Source of the DNA: Bacillota bacterium
GTDB taxonomy: Bacteria; Bacillota; Sulfobacillia; DUSP01; DYEP01
Direction: 5' to 3'
Length of the DNA stretch: 64,000 bases
Assembly (NCBI GenBank): GCA_040755615.1
Contig: JBFMAL010000008.1
Coordinates: 4,693 to 68,692 of the forward strand
Numbering within the stretch: position 1 is the stretch's first letter; each line of letters opens with the position of its first letter. Shown here piece by piece: positions 46,161 through 56,531 of the stretch. The position numbers and the translations under genes were made by a program. Under the pieces are notes generated by a model, which worked only from the letters and a program-made list of their open reading frames with translations, was not told where the DNA came from and did no database searches.

Positions 46161-48256
46161 GATATTGTGATTTTGATATCCAAGGCGGATACACCCTTTT
46201 CGTACGCGAAGATCGGGTTGATATCCATCTCGGTGATCTCTGGAAAGTCGGTTACAAGCTGGCCCACGCGGCCAATCACGTCAATCAGAGCTTCTACGTC
46301 CGCCGGCTGTTCCCCTCTGAAGCCGCGCAGCAGCATAGAAGCTTTGGTTTCGGATATCATGCTCTCCATTTCTCTTCTGCTTAGCCCTGACGCCAGCCTG
46401 AACGAGACGTCTTTAAGCAGATTCACGTATATGCCCCCGAGCCCGAACGCGATAAGCGGGCCGAACTGCACGTCTTTCGTCATCCCCACAATGAGCTCGC
46501 GGCCTTTGGGCATCATCTTCTGCACCTCAACTCCGTGGACGCTGGTACCCGGCAGGAACCGGTGCACGTTCTCCATTATCTCAATGAATCCCTGTCTTAC
46601 CGCCCCGGGGTTGTCAAGGCCCACTTTAACGCCGCCCACGTCTGTTTTGTGAAGGATCTTGGGCGAAGCAACTTTCAGCACTACCGGGAAGCCGAGTAGC
46701 TCGGCGATGTAGGCAGCTTCATCAGCCCTCGTGGCCAGCAGGGACGGAGCGGCAGGAATGTTATACGCGCGGGCGACGCGGACGGTCTCGGTACCAAGTA
46801 GTACCAGCCTGCCTTCTTCCTTGACTTCATGAAATAGCTCTGCAACAGCCTCCCTGTTCACATCATTGTACCTGACAGGTTCTTCTACGATGCGCTCTGC
46901 CAGCCTGCCCTGGTCCACGAGACCCCTGATTGCGGAAACAGCCGGCTCGGGGAAGGGGTAGCAGGGGACGTTCCGGGCGAAAAGAATCTTTGTAGCTTCC
47001 TCTACGTCTGCCCCGCCCATGAAAGACGCCACCACGGGCTTTTCGGGGAATTTGTCGCGCGCCCGGGCGATGACCTCGGCGGTGACCTCCGGTTGCACCA
47101 CCGCGGTGGGAGTGAGTAGTACGATGACGCTGTGGACGTTGTCGTCGCGCAGTACTGTCTCAAGGGCGCTTTCGTAACGGTCGGGTGCCGCGTCACCTAT
47201 GACGTCTACCGGGTTGTAAACGTTGGCAGTCTTGGGCAGGGTTGATCTCAGGTGATCTATGGTGCCCTTGTCAAACCTGGACATTTCAAGACCCAGCTTT
47301 TCCACGCGGTCCGTAGTGATGATGCCGGGTCCGCCTGAATTAGTCACGATGGCAACCCTCGGGCCCTTTGCCGCGGGCTGCATGGCGAAAGCGATAGCAA
47401 GGTCGAACAGCTCAGTCATGGTCTTTGCGCGGATCACCCCGCATTGCCTGAAGGCCACGTCGTAGGCCAGGTCACTACCGGCGAGCGCGCCGGTATGAGA
47501 CGAGGCGGCGAGCGCACCTGCCTGCGTGGTTCCCGCCTTCAGTACAATAATGGGCGTCTTTACCGACGCCTTGCGGGCTACTTCTATGAACTGCCTCCCG
47601 TCGGTCACGTCTTCAAGGTAACAGGCGATGACCTTGGTGTTCGGATCATCTGCCGCGTGGGCGATGAGGTCCGCCTCGTTGAGGTCGGCCTTGTTGCCCA
47701 GGCTGATGAACTGAGAGAAACCAATGCCCTTAGTCAGCGACCAATCCAGTATCGCCACACACAGGGCACCGCTTTGCGAGATGAAAGCGATATGGCCTTG
47801 GAGCGGGGACCTCTTGGCGAAAGTTGCATTGATAGGCGTGTGGGAGTCCATCATGCCTAGGCAGTTAGGGCCAAGCATCCGCATGCCGTACGATTTGCAG
47901 ATCTCAACCAGGGACTTCTCCAACCTGAGCCCTTCAGTACCCACTTCCTTGAAACCGGCGGTAATGGTGATCAGCGCTTTGACCCCGATCTCGCCGCACT
48001 GCCGGGCCACCTCACACACATACGCCGTTGGTACCGAAATCACTGCCATCTCAACAGGTTTCCCGATATGGAGCACACTGGGATAACACTTGTATCCGGA
48101 GATTTCCTTTTCCCTCGGGTTGATTGGATAGATCTCGCCGTTGTACCCGCTGTTAATCACGTTGGTTATGATTGCGTTTCCGATCTTCTCCGGGGATTTG
48201 GACGCCCCAATCACAGCCACGCTTTTTGGGTTGAACAGCGCTGTCAGATCAGCCAT
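46157..48256 (-). CDS. acd: Acetate--CoA ligase (ADP-forming), fused alpha/beta (NDP-forming acyl-CoA synthetase)
   Basis: 699 aa. N-terminal CoA-binding ...SVAVIGASKSPEKIGNAI..., ...FISQSGAL... (phospho-His loop region), C-terminal ATP-grasp. RBS GAAGGTGA. Confidence 0.9.
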   Translation of the reverse strand: MADLTALFNPKSVAVIGASKSPEKIGNAIITNVINSGYNGEIYPINPREKEISGYKCYPSVLHIGKPVEMAVISVPTAYVCEVARQCGEIGVKALITITAGFKEVGTEGLRLEKSLVEICKSYGMRMLGPNCLGMMDSHTPINATFAKRSPLQGHIAFISQSGALCVAILDWSLTKGIGFSQFISLGNKADLNEADLIAHAADDPNTKVIACYLEDVTDGRQFIEVARKASVKTPIIVLKAGTTQAGALAASSHTGALAGSDLAYDVAFRQCGVIRAKTMTELFDLAIAFAMQPAAKGPRVAIVTNSGGPGIITTDRVEKLGLEMSRFDKGTIDHLRSTLPKTANVYNPVDVIGDAAPDRYESALETVLRDDNVHSVIVLLTPTAVVQPEVTAEVIARARDKFPEKPVVASFMGGADVEEATKILFARNVPCYPFPEPAVSAIRGLVDQGRLAERIVEEPVRYNDVNREAVAELFHEVKEEGRLVLLGTETVRVARAYNIPAAPSLLATRADEAAYIAELLGFPVVLKVASPKILHKTDVGGVKVGLDNPGAVRQGFIEIMENVHRFLPGTSVHGVEVQKMMPKGRELIVGMTKDVQFGPLIAFGLGGIYVNLLKDVSFRLASGLSRREMESMISETKASMLLRGFRGEQPADVEALIDVIGRVGQLVTDFPEITEMDINPIFAYEKGVSALDIKITIS

Positions 48257-48542
48257 GTCCTGAGGTCACCTTCTTTTTGTGAATATAGAGATGCAGGGGG
48301 CCGTTCATCAGGGTGCGAAAGCCTCCCCCCCTCTGACGGTCCCCCTGATTGTCCCACAATAGTCTATCACGATTCGGTGTGTGAGTAAACAGTTTTACGA
48401 GGACCACACTTCTGTTTATACCTCGTCTATACCCTATCCAACCTTCCCGGGGGGGTATTCGAACTGGGAACAAACAGGAAAGCAGGGAAATGGTGTAGAA
48501 GAATAAAAGTAAGACTCAAAAGGAAGAAGGGGGGGACCCGGT

Positions 48543-48983
48543 ATGAACGTTTCCCTCGCAGAAGCGTGTTCGGCGAGCGGTCTGCACCCTCGGCTGGTTG
48601 GAGAGATCGTTCGAGAATACGGTCAGGAACTAGGAGTGTCGGAGTCCGAAGAAGGGGACCTTCACCTTCCAGAAGACTCTGTGCCGCTCCTTAAATCCAT
48701 ACACCTTTGGCAAGCCGAAGGCCTGGGAGTGGAAGAGATAAGGCAACGGTTGAAGGCGCCAGGCCGGCCTCCGGTCGAGTTCCAGGATAACGAATTGTAC
48801 AACCGCCTTTTAGATCTCGTGACGCGGCTTGAGAAGACCGAAAAGCAGCGGGCCGAGGACAGGGACAGACTGTTGACCGCACTAATCAGGACACAGCAGG
48901 AAGTGCAGCAGCTCAGGTACCAACTGGTGGGGATGACAACTCGGGCTGACCGGAAAAGAAAGAGGTTTCTGGGGATATTCTAA
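48543..48983 (+). CDS. MerR-like HTH protein with C-terminal coiled coil (no effector domain)
   Basis: 146 aa. The N-terminus (VSLAEACSASGLHPRLVGEIVREYG...LLKSIHLWQAEGLGVEEIRQRL) resembles the MerR HTH plus wing. RBS GAAGGGGGGG. Divergent from the ACD operon. Confidence 0.5.
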   Translation: MNVSLAEACSASGLHPRLVGEIVREYGQELGVSESEEGDLHLPEDSVPLLKSIHLWQAEGLGVEEIRQRLKAPGRPPVEFQDNELYNRLLDLVTRLEKTEKQRAEDRDRLLTALIRTQQEVQQLRYQLVGMTTRADRKRKRFLGIF

Positions 48984-49024
48984 GTGAGGACAGATGATCG
49001 GTACACCTGGACGGTGGTGCAGAC

Positions 49025-50176
49025 GTGTTACATTACCTGGATAACAGCGCGACCACCAGGCTCCTGCCCGAGGTGGCGGACGCCGTGTGTCGTACGCTGA
49101 AAGAAACGTTCGGCAACCCCTCATCGCTTCACCCGCCTGGGGTGAGCGCGCGCGCACTCATTGATGAAGCCCGGGAGAAGATCGCTTCAGCGCTCTGCGT
49201 GAACGCTGAGGAAATCGTGTTTACGTCAGGTGGGACCGAGTCAAACAACACCGCTATATTCGGTGTTGCGCGGCTCTATGCAAAGCGCGGCAGGCACATT
49301 GTGACTTCCGCTATCGAGCATCCCTCGGTTCTCGAGCCGCTTTCCAGGCTCGCCGCCGAAGGTTTTGAGGTGGAGCACGTACCGCCGCTGCAGGACGGCT
49401 CTGTTCCGGCGGATGAGGTGTTGACCCGGGTCAGGAAGGACACAGTGCTTGTAACGATGATGCACGTGAATAATGAGGTAGGCTCTGTGTTACCGATCGA
49501 TGCGGTAGGCCGGGGACTACGCGAGTTTTCGCCGCGGCCCGTATTTCACGTGGACGCAGTGCAGTCCTTCGGGAAGTATCGCATAGAGCCCGAGGGATTC
49601 GGAATAGACCTCCTCAGCGCAAGCGGGCACAAGATCCACGGCCCGAAGGGTACGGGTTTTCTGTATGTGCGAAGGGGCCTGGAGATCCCACCATATATGC
49701 TCGGAGGGGGCCAAGAGCGCGGCTTTCGCTCGGGTACAGAGAACGTGCACGGGATTGTGGGAATGGCGGAAGCCATATCCGCGCTTGAGAAGGCGAATTT
49801 TTGGGGCCGCGTCAAGCCCCTGAGATGCCGTATCGAAGAAGGTGCAATGCGCATCCCGGGCTGTTCCGTCATAGGTCCGAAGGAAGAGGGGCTGTACGCG
49901 CCGCATATCCTGTCGCTGCGGGTAGAAGGCGTGCGCGGCGAGGTGCTAGTGCGTTTCCTGGGCGCCGAAGGCGTGTGTGTGTCTTCAGGCTCGGCATGTC
50001 ACGGCCACCGGGGCGGGCCAAGCCCGGTGCTCGCTGCGCTCGGTATGAAATCCAAAGAGGCAGAGCAGGTAATCCGAGTCAGCCTTTCTGTTGACAACGA
50101 CGAGTCTGATGCAGACGCGTTTCTGTCTTCGCTTGAGAAGGCGGTGTCGCACTTTAGGCGGGTGTTTCGATCGTGA
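49025..50176 (+). CDS. iscS: Cysteine desulfurase (class V aminotransferase; NifS / IscS / NifZ-like)
   Basis: ...YLDNSATT..., ...SASGHKIHGPKGTGFLYV (PLP-Lys), ...SSGSACHG (catalytic Cys loop). GTG start. Confidence 0.9.
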   Translation: MLHYLDNSATTRLLPEVADAVCRTLKETFGNPSSLHPPGVSARALIDEAREKIASALCVNAEEIVFTSGGTESNNTAIFGVARLYAKRGRHIVTSAIEHPSVLEPLSRLAAEGFEVEHVPPLQDGSVPADEVLTRVRKDTVLVTMMHVNNEVGSVLPIDAVGRGLREFSPRPVFHVDAVQSFGKYRIEPEGFGIDLLSASGHKIHGPKGTGFLYVRRGLEIPPYMLGGGQERGFRSGTENVHGIVGMAEAISALEKANFWGRVKPLRCRIEEGAMRIPGCSVIGPKEEGLYAPHILSLRVEGVRGEVLVRFLGAEGVCVSSGSACHGHRGGPSPVLAALGMKSKEAEQVIRVSLSVDNDESDADAFLSSLEKAVSHFRRVFRS

Positions 50177-50178
50177 AC

Positions 50179-51366
50179 ATGAAGCTTGTAGTCATCAGGT
50201 ACGGCGAGATCGGCCTCAAAGGTAAAAACCGATCATTTTTTGAACGTATCTTGAGGAAGCAAATACAGCGCGTGCTGAAGCCTGAAGAAGAGGTACACCA
50301 CGACTTCGGCCGGTTCTACGTGTATACCGATGACCCGCTCGATGCAGCGGTGCGCCTCAGAGAGGTGTTCGGCACAGTCACACTGAGCCCGGGCATAAGC
50401 GTGGAGCTGGACATACGGGAGCTCGAGGAAGCGGCAGCGAGAGTGCTCGGCGGCGCGCTGGCCGAAGATCCCGGCATAAAGACGTTCAAAGTAGAGACGC
50501 GGCGGAGCAACAAGGCCTTCCCCCATACCTCGCCCGAGATCAGCCGCAGGCTGGGCGCCTTCTTGCTCGGACGCTTTCCATCAATGAGAGTCGACGTTCA
50601 CAATCCCGACATCACGGTGGGAGTGGAGGTAAGACAAAGAGGGCTGGTTTTCGGTCAGGTCATCCCGGGCCCCGGAGGACTCCCGGTGGGCAGCGCCGGC
50701 AGAGCGGGACTGCTTCTCTCCGGAGGCATAGACAGCCCCGTCGCCGGATACCTGGCCATGAAAAGAGGCGTCATGCTTGACTGCATACATTTTCATACCT
50801 TCCCCTATACCAGCGAGCGTTCAGTTGACAAGGTTCGGAAACTCAGCACAGAGCTGGCGAGATGGGGCGATCTAAACCTGCACCTCTTCAGCCTCACTGC
50901 CGTGGTTGAGGCGATAAAGGAAAGCTGCCCCGAGAAACTTACCATCACTATCATGCGCAGGTTCATGCTGCGCATCGCGGAGGCGTTCTGCCGCCAGGGG
51001 AGAGGGCTGGCGCTTGTTACGGGGGAGAGCCTGGGTCAGGTAGCGAGCCAAACGCTGGAAAGCCTATACTGCATAGAGCATGCAGTGTCTGTCCCGGTGC
51101 TGCGTCCCCTGATCGGCTTTGACAAGACGGAAATCGTAGCAATGGCCAGGCGCATGGGCACATATGAGTTGTCGGTAGAGCCTTTTGATGACTGCTGTAG
51201 CCTGTTCGTGCCTCGTAACCCGTCAACTCAGCCCAGACTTGAGCAGGTGATATGTGCCGAAGACGCCCTGGACGTTCAGGGCCTAGTTGATGCTGCTCTC
51301 GGCACTAGGGAGTCCTGGTCATACTACCGCAGAGGTCAGGGTGTCGAGTCCACCCGTTGGCAGTGA
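50179..51366 (+). CDS. thiI: tRNA 4-thiouridine(8) synthase ThiI
   Basis: MKLVVIRYGEIGLKGKNR..., PP-loop LLLSGGIDSPVAGY, THUMP region. GTG at 50173 is an alternative start. Confidence 0.85.
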   Translation: MKLVVIRYGEIGLKGKNRSFFERILRKQIQRVLKPEEEVHHDFGRFYVYTDDPLDAAVRLREVFGTVTLSPGISVELDIRELEEAAARVLGGALAEDPGIKTFKVETRRSNKAFPHTSPEISRRLGAFLLGRFPSMRVDVHNPDITVGVEVRQRGLVFGQVIPGPGGLPVGSAGRAGLLLSGGIDSPVAGYLAMKRGVMLDCIHFHTFPYTSERSVDKVRKLSTELARWGDLNLHLFSLTAVVEAIKESCPEKLTITIMRRFMLRIAEAFCRQGRGLALVTGESLGQVASQTLESLYCIEHAVSVPVLRPLIGFDKTEIVAMARRMGTYELSVEPFDDCCSLFVPRNPSTQPRLEQVICAEDALDVQGLVDAALGTRESWSYYRRGQGVESTRWQ

Positions 51367-51468
51367 ATTGCCTGACATTTCCCCCCCATGCAGTGTCGGG
51401 TCGCGGGATTGTTCTGTACCGTTATTCAAAGGTGTGATAGGTAACCCGCCGAAAGAAGAGGGTGTCGT

Positions 51469-52368
51469 TTGTCCGTGTATGTAATTGAAATTCTCGTGCC
51501 CGTCATTTTCATTATTCTACTAGGATATGTCGCCAACTTTTTTCTGAAAATGGACGTATCAGCCCCGTCGCGCCTCACGCTTTACATCCTCCTGCCAGCG
51601 CTGGTGTTTAACTCGCTTTATACCTCAGCGACAACAAGTGCTGAGTTCATTATGCTCTTTTGCTTCCTGGCGCTGTTTACCGCGCTGATGGTAGGATTGA
51701 TAACTGCTGTGGGCGCCGTGTTCGCTCTGGATAGGAAGGACAGGAGCGCGCTGGTACTCGCTTCCACCTTCGGGAACACGGGGTACCTCGGCTCGCCCAT
51801 TATCCTCTTTGCTTTGGGTCAGCAGGGTTTCGAGCGTGCCCTACTTTACATGGTGTGCCAGCAATTTTTCATGTTTACAGTGGGAGTGTTTTACGCGGCG
51901 AGCAGCAAGAACAGCGTACGCCGATCTCTCCTTGGCGTGCTGCGCATGCCTTCGCTTTACGCTGCAGTGCTTGCTTACTTGCTGCGGTCCGCCGGGCTTT
52001 CCATCCCCCCTGTACTCTACAAGGGGATAAGTATGATGGCAGGAGCCGCGCTTCCGGTCATGCTGCTGATTATGGGCATGCAGTTTCACGCACTTTCCGC
52101 CGGCTTTTCCAAAAAGACGATGGCATTGGGCACAGCAATGAAGCTGGTGATTGCACCACTACTCGCGTACGGGCTGGTCTTCTTGCTACCTGTGGAGAGA
52201 GAACTTTCCTCCGTCCTGGTGCTCCAAACCGCAATGCCCACAGCTATGAATATTGCATTGGTTTCCATGGAGTATGACGCAGCGCCTGATGTGGTGTGCG
52301 GTACCGCCATGCTTTCAACCGTGCTCTGCCCGTTGACTCTCAGCATACTCCTGTGGCTCCTGCTTTGA
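51469..52368 (+). CDS. AEC-family transporter (auxin efflux carrier / malate permease-like)
   Basis: 299 aa, about 10 TM helices, with typical AEC N-terminus (...IFIILLGYVANFF...). TTG start (or GTG 51475). Confidence 0.75.
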   Translation: MSVYVIEILVPVIFIILLGYVANFFLKMDVSAPSRLTLYILLPALVFNSLYTSATTSAEFIMLFCFLALFTALMVGLITAVGAVFALDRKDRSALVLASTFGNTGYLGSPIILFALGQQGFERALLYMVCQQFFMFTVGVFYAASSKNSVRRSLLGVLRMPSLYAAVLAYLLRSAGLSIPPVLYKGISMMAGAALPVMLLIMGMQFHALSAGFSKKTMALGTAMKLVIAPLLAYGLVFLLPVERELSSVLVLQTAMPTAMNIALVSMEYDAAPDVVCGTAMLSTVLCPLTLSILLWLLL

Positions 52369-52511
52369 TAGTACAGACTGGCCATCATGCGGGTAATCAA
52401 CTGCTGGGTAAAGAATACTCAGATCAAGAGCATTATGGTATCATATCTGCATTGAACCCAGCGAATGGGCAAGCTGGCTGGTGGCTGAAGACAATTGCAA
52501 AACCACACTAA

Positions 52512-53846
52512 TTGGCGGGGGAGTTTTTGTCCTTGTATTACCTAATCGAGACGTTTGGTTGTCAGATGAATGCTCATGACTCCGAAGTGCTGGCGGGGCT
52601 GCTTGAAGAGATGGGCTATCGCCCGGCGAAGGCCCGCGAGGAAGCAGACTTGATATTGCTGAACACCTGTTGCGTAAGAGAGAGCGCCGAAAACAAGGTG
52701 TGGGGGAGGCTTGGCGTGCTCAAACGCTTAAAAAGAGAAAACCCAGGGTTGATAATCGGAGTATGCGGGTGTATGGCACAGGAGGAAGGGACAGCAGAAC
52801 GCATAAGGCGCCGTTATCCCCACGTGGACCTGGTTTTCGGTACCCACAACGTGCACCGTCTCCCAGATCTCATACGGGAGGCAAGAGAAAGCAATGCACT
52901 GGTGGTCGAGGTATTAGAGTCGGAGGGCGGGATCGTAGAACACCTGCCTGCAAAGCGTGCGCCGGGGCTCAGTGCATGGGTGACGGTTATGTACGGCTGC
53001 AACAACTTCTGTTCGTACTGCATTGTGCCCTATGTTAGAGGCAGGCAGCGAAGCAGAGAACCCCGTTCCGTCATTGACGAAGTCTCGTCCCTTTTTGCTG
53101 AAGGTTACAAGGAAGTTACGCTCCTTGGTCAGAACGTCAATGCTTACGGGCGTGACCTTGCAGAGGAGTATGACTTCGCCGATCTCCTATCCGAGCTTGA
53201 CAGACTTGACCACGCGGGCAGGATCAGGTACATGACTTCGCACCCACGGGATTTCTCAGACAAGCTGATAGACGTGCTGAGCAAAACAAAGCACGTATGC
53301 GAACACATCCACCTCCCCGTTCAGGCGGGATCTGACCGGATTCTTTCGCTAATGAACCGGGGATATACCAGAGATGGATATCTTGCGCTTGTACAACGCA
53401 TCAGGAAAGCTATTCCTAACGCTTCCATAACCACCGATATCATTGTCGGATTCCCGGGAGAGTCGGAGTCTGAGTTTGAAGAGACGCTGGACCTGGTCAA
53501 GCAAGTGAGGTTTGATGCCGCTTTTACCTTCGTCTACTCACCTAGAAGAGGTACACGCGCGGCAGCCATGGAAAACCAGGTTCCAGCGGACGAGAAACAA
53601 CGCCGCATAACAGCACTGGTGGAGCTCCAAAACCGGATAACAAAAGAAGTGAATAACGCGATGATAGGCAGGATAGAGGAAGTACTAGTCGAGGGTCCCT
53701 CGGAGAAGGAACCAGAGAAGCTATCCGGCAGAACCCGGGGCAACAAGGTGGTCATTATCGATTCAAAGCAACATCCCGGCGCGCTCGTCAACGTCCGGAT
53801 CACGGACGGCGGTACTTACTACCTGAAGGGTGAAATACTGCGCTGA
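52512..53846 (+). CDS. miaB: tRNA-2-methylthio-N6-dimethylallyladenosine synthase (radical SAM methylthiotransferase MiaB)
   Basis: ...YLIETFGCQMNAHDSE..., radical-SAM CNNFCSYC, C-terminal TRAM domain. TTG start. Confidence 0.9.
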   Translation: MAGEFLSLYYLIETFGCQMNAHDSEVLAGLLEEMGYRPAKAREEADLILLNTCCVRESAENKVWGRLGVLKRLKRENPGLIIGVCGCMAQEEGTAERIRRRYPHVDLVFGTHNVHRLPDLIREARESNALVVEVLESEGGIVEHLPAKRAPGLSAWVTVMYGCNNFCSYCIVPYVRGRQRSREPRSVIDEVSSLFAEGYKEVTLLGQNVNAYGRDLAEEYDFADLLSELDRLDHAGRIRYMTSHPRDFSDKLIDVLSKTKHVCEHIHLPVQAGSDRILSLMNRGYTRDGYLALVQRIRKAIPNASITTDIIVGFPGESESEFEETLDLVKQVRFDAAFTFVYSPRRGTRAAAMENQVPADEKQRRITALVELQNRITKEVNNAMIGRIEEVLVEGPSEKEPEKLSGRTRGNKVVIIDSKQHPGALVNVRITDGGTYYLKGEILR

Positions 53847-53897
53847 GGACCCGCGTGTCTGCCTGGAAAACCGTGTTCCTAAGGAGTGGAATCTTCT

Positions 53898-56486
53898 GTG
53901 ACCACACCCATGCTGTCTCAGTACCACCAGATCAAAAGAGAACATCCCGACAAGATCCTCATGTTTAGGCTGGGCGACTTCTACGAGATGTTCTACGATG
54001 ATGCAGTGATCGCAGCTCGGGAGCTGGATATCGTTCTTACCTCAAGACCCACAGGCAATGATACCCGGATTCCCATGGCAGGTGTGCCCTACCACGCAGT
54101 AGACACGTACTTATCTAAACTACTGGATAAGGGCTACAGGATCGCCCTGTGTGACCAAGTCGAGGATGCTCGACAGGCCAAGGGCCTTGTAAAACGGGCA
54201 GTCACCCGGGTCGTCACGCCGGGCACGGTGATAGACTCTGCACTGCTTGATGACAAACGCAACAACTACATTGGCTGCGTGGTAGAATCAGAGGGCTCTA
54301 TTGGAATTGCGCTGGCTGACGCCTCGACGGGTGAGTTTTTCGCGGGCGAGATCCATGGTAAGAACAGCCGGGAGACGGCCATTGAGGAGCTGAGCAGATA
54401 TGCTCCGAGCGAGTGCCTGATCCCGCGGTCGCACGAAGGACGGGACTTCCATCTACTTCTCGCCCGGAACGTGGCGACCATCACGCCCTGGGAAGAGTGG
54501 GCATACGATACAGAGGCCGCATACAAAAGCTTGTGTGAACATTTCAAAGTTAACTCGCTGCGTGGCTTTGACCTCGAAGAACTGAAGCTTGGTACCAAAG
54601 CGGCGGGGGCGCTGCTTACGTACCTCTCAAAGACACAGATGACTGAGCTTCAACACATCACCTCGATAAGAAGGCTTCACTTCGGAACTGGCCTCATTAT
54701 CGACAGCTCTACCCGGCGAAACCTGGAGCTTTTAAAGAGGGCCAGCGACGGTTCTACAAAGGGGTCTCTCATTTGGGTTCTGGACGTCACACAGACTTCC
54801 ATGGGTTCAAGACTCTTGAAGAAGTGGTTACTGAACCCCCTCACCGACCCCGATAGGATCAATGAGAGGCTTGATGCGGTAGAGGTACTGTCCTGTGACC
54901 CGGTGATGCGTGGTGAATTGAGGGAGTGCTTGAGACAGACGTACGATATTGAACGAATAGTGGGAAAACTCTCCTACGGCACGGCAAACGCCCGCGATCT
55001 TTTGTGTTTGGCGACGTCACTTTCGTTGCTGCCCCGCATAAAACAGACTGTGCTCAAAGCACGTGCGCCATTACTCGTTCAACTGGCCACTTCCATGCCT
55101 GACACACAACAACTAGCAGCGCTCATCCTGGCTGCCATCACAGACGATCCCCCCGCAACTGTTACGGACGGTGGCATCATCAGGGATGGCTTTCATCAGG
55201 AGATAGACGCGCTGCGAAGTGCAAGCGAGTCAGGAAAGGACTGGATCGCGCAGCTTGAAGTATCGGAGCGCGAAAGAACCCAGATCAGGTCATTAAGAGT
55301 TGGCTACAACAAAGTATTTGGGTACTACATTGAGGTCACCAAGCCCAATCTGCATCTTGTGCCCCCGGACTACATCAGAAGACAGACTTTAGCCAACGCT
55401 GAACGTTTTGTCACAGAGAAGCTGAAAGAATATGAAGAGAAGGTGCTCGGAGCGGAATCGCGCCTTTGCGAGCTGGAGTACGAGGTGTTCTGCAAGCTGC
55501 GGGAGGAGGTATGCAGCCACATACCCAAGTTCCAGGCTGTCGCGATGGCTGTGGCTGAGCTTGACGTGCTGTCCACCTTTGCTGAAATCGCAGTAAAGTA
55601 CAATTACAAGAGGCCGGAAGTGGACAGAAGCGATGTGATAGAGATCAGGGGTGGGCGACACCCCGTGGTTGAACGCCTATTGGGCGAAGGAGAGTACGTA
55701 CCCAATGATACGTTCATGAACTCTTCCGACTCACGCCTTCTCCTCATCACCGGGCCAAACATGGCAGGTAAATCCACGTACTGCCGACAGGTAGCGTTAA
55801 TCACACTGATGGCACAGACCGGTAGTTTTGTCCCAGCAGATGCGGCACGCATCGGCGTGGTGGACCGGATCTTCACGCGGGTGGGAGCGCACGACGACCT
55901 GTCGATGGGTCAGAGTACGTTTATGGTAGAAATGACGGAGCTGTCCAACATCCTGAGGAACGCCACAGACAAGAGTCTCATCGTCCTTGATGAGATCGGA
56001 AGAGGCACGAGCACGTATGACGGTCTGGCCATAGCCTGGGCTGTAACTGAATACATTCTTGACTCCATCGGTGCGAAAACGCTGTTTGCCACTCATTACC
56101 GGGAACTGGTATCGATCGAAGACACGCATGAAGGAGTCCGCAATCATTCGGTAGCTATTGAAAAGAGAGGAGATGAGCTGATCTTTCTCCGCAAGATGGT
56201 GAAAGGGCCAGCAGACGGAAGTTATGGGATCGACGTAGCACGTCTGGCAGGCCTGCCGCCCAGCGTGGTTGACCGCGCATTCGGCATTCTAGAAGTATTG
56301 GAACGTGCTGATAGAGGAAAGCCTGAGCGGCGGCCAAAGAGGTGCCAGATGACCCAGCTCACGTTCCTCCAGGTTCAGGAACATCCCATTATTGAAGAAC
56401 TGAGGAGCATTAACGTAATGAACATCACTCCGGTAGAGGCCATTAACATTTTGTATGACCTGCAACAGAAGGCAAGGAGAAAATAG
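53898..56486 (+). CDS. mutS: DNA mismatch repair protein MutS
   Basis: ...TPMLSQYHQIKREHPDKILMFRLGDFYEMF..., Walker A ITGPNMAGKSTY, ...LVLDEIGRGTSTYDG.... GTG at 53898 after AAGGAGTGG. Confidence 0.9.
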   Translation: MTTPMLSQYHQIKREHPDKILMFRLGDFYEMFYDDAVIAARELDIVLTSRPTGNDTRIPMAGVPYHAVDTYLSKLLDKGYRIALCDQVEDARQAKGLVKRAVTRVVTPGTVIDSALLDDKRNNYIGCVVESEGSIGIALADASTGEFFAGEIHGKNSRETAIEELSRYAPSECLIPRSHEGRDFHLLLARNVATITPWEEWAYDTEAAYKSLCEHFKVNSLRGFDLEELKLGTKAAGALLTYLSKTQMTELQHITSIRRLHFGTGLIIDSSTRRNLELLKRASDGSTKGSLIWVLDVTQTSMGSRLLKKWLLNPLTDPDRINERLDAVEVLSCDPVMRGELRECLRQTYDIERIVGKLSYGTANARDLLCLATSLSLLPRIKQTVLKARAPLLVQLATSMPDTQQLAALILAAITDDPPATVTDGGIIRDGFHQEIDALRSASESGKDWIAQLEVSERERTQIRSLRVGYNKVFGYYIEVTKPNLHLVPPDYIRRQTLANAERFVTEKLKEYEEKVLGAESRLCELEYEVFCKLREEVCSHIPKFQAVAMAVAELDVLSTFAEIAVKYNYKRPEVDRSDVIEIRGGRHPVVERLLGEGEYVPNDTFMNSSDSRLLLITGPNMAGKSTYCRQVALITLMAQTGSFVPADAARIGVVDRIFTRVGAHDDLSMGQSTFMVEMTELSNILRNATDKSLIVLDEIGRGTSTYDGLAIAWAVTEYILDSIGAKTLFATHYRELVSIEDTHEGVRNHSVAIEKRGDELIFLRKMVKGPADGSYGIDVARLAGLPPSVVDRAFGILEVLERADRGKPERRPKRCQMTQLTFLQVQEHPIIEELRSINVMNITPVEAINILYDLQQKARRK

Positions 56487-56531
56487 GTTTCCATCGACCC
56501 AGGGGTTATTCATCCATCGCACAAGGAGGGA

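Noticed and set aside
48430-48460. tRNA-like TTCGAAT T-loop sequence
   Set aside because: The flanking bases do not form a T-arm or acceptor stem. No tRNA could be folded.
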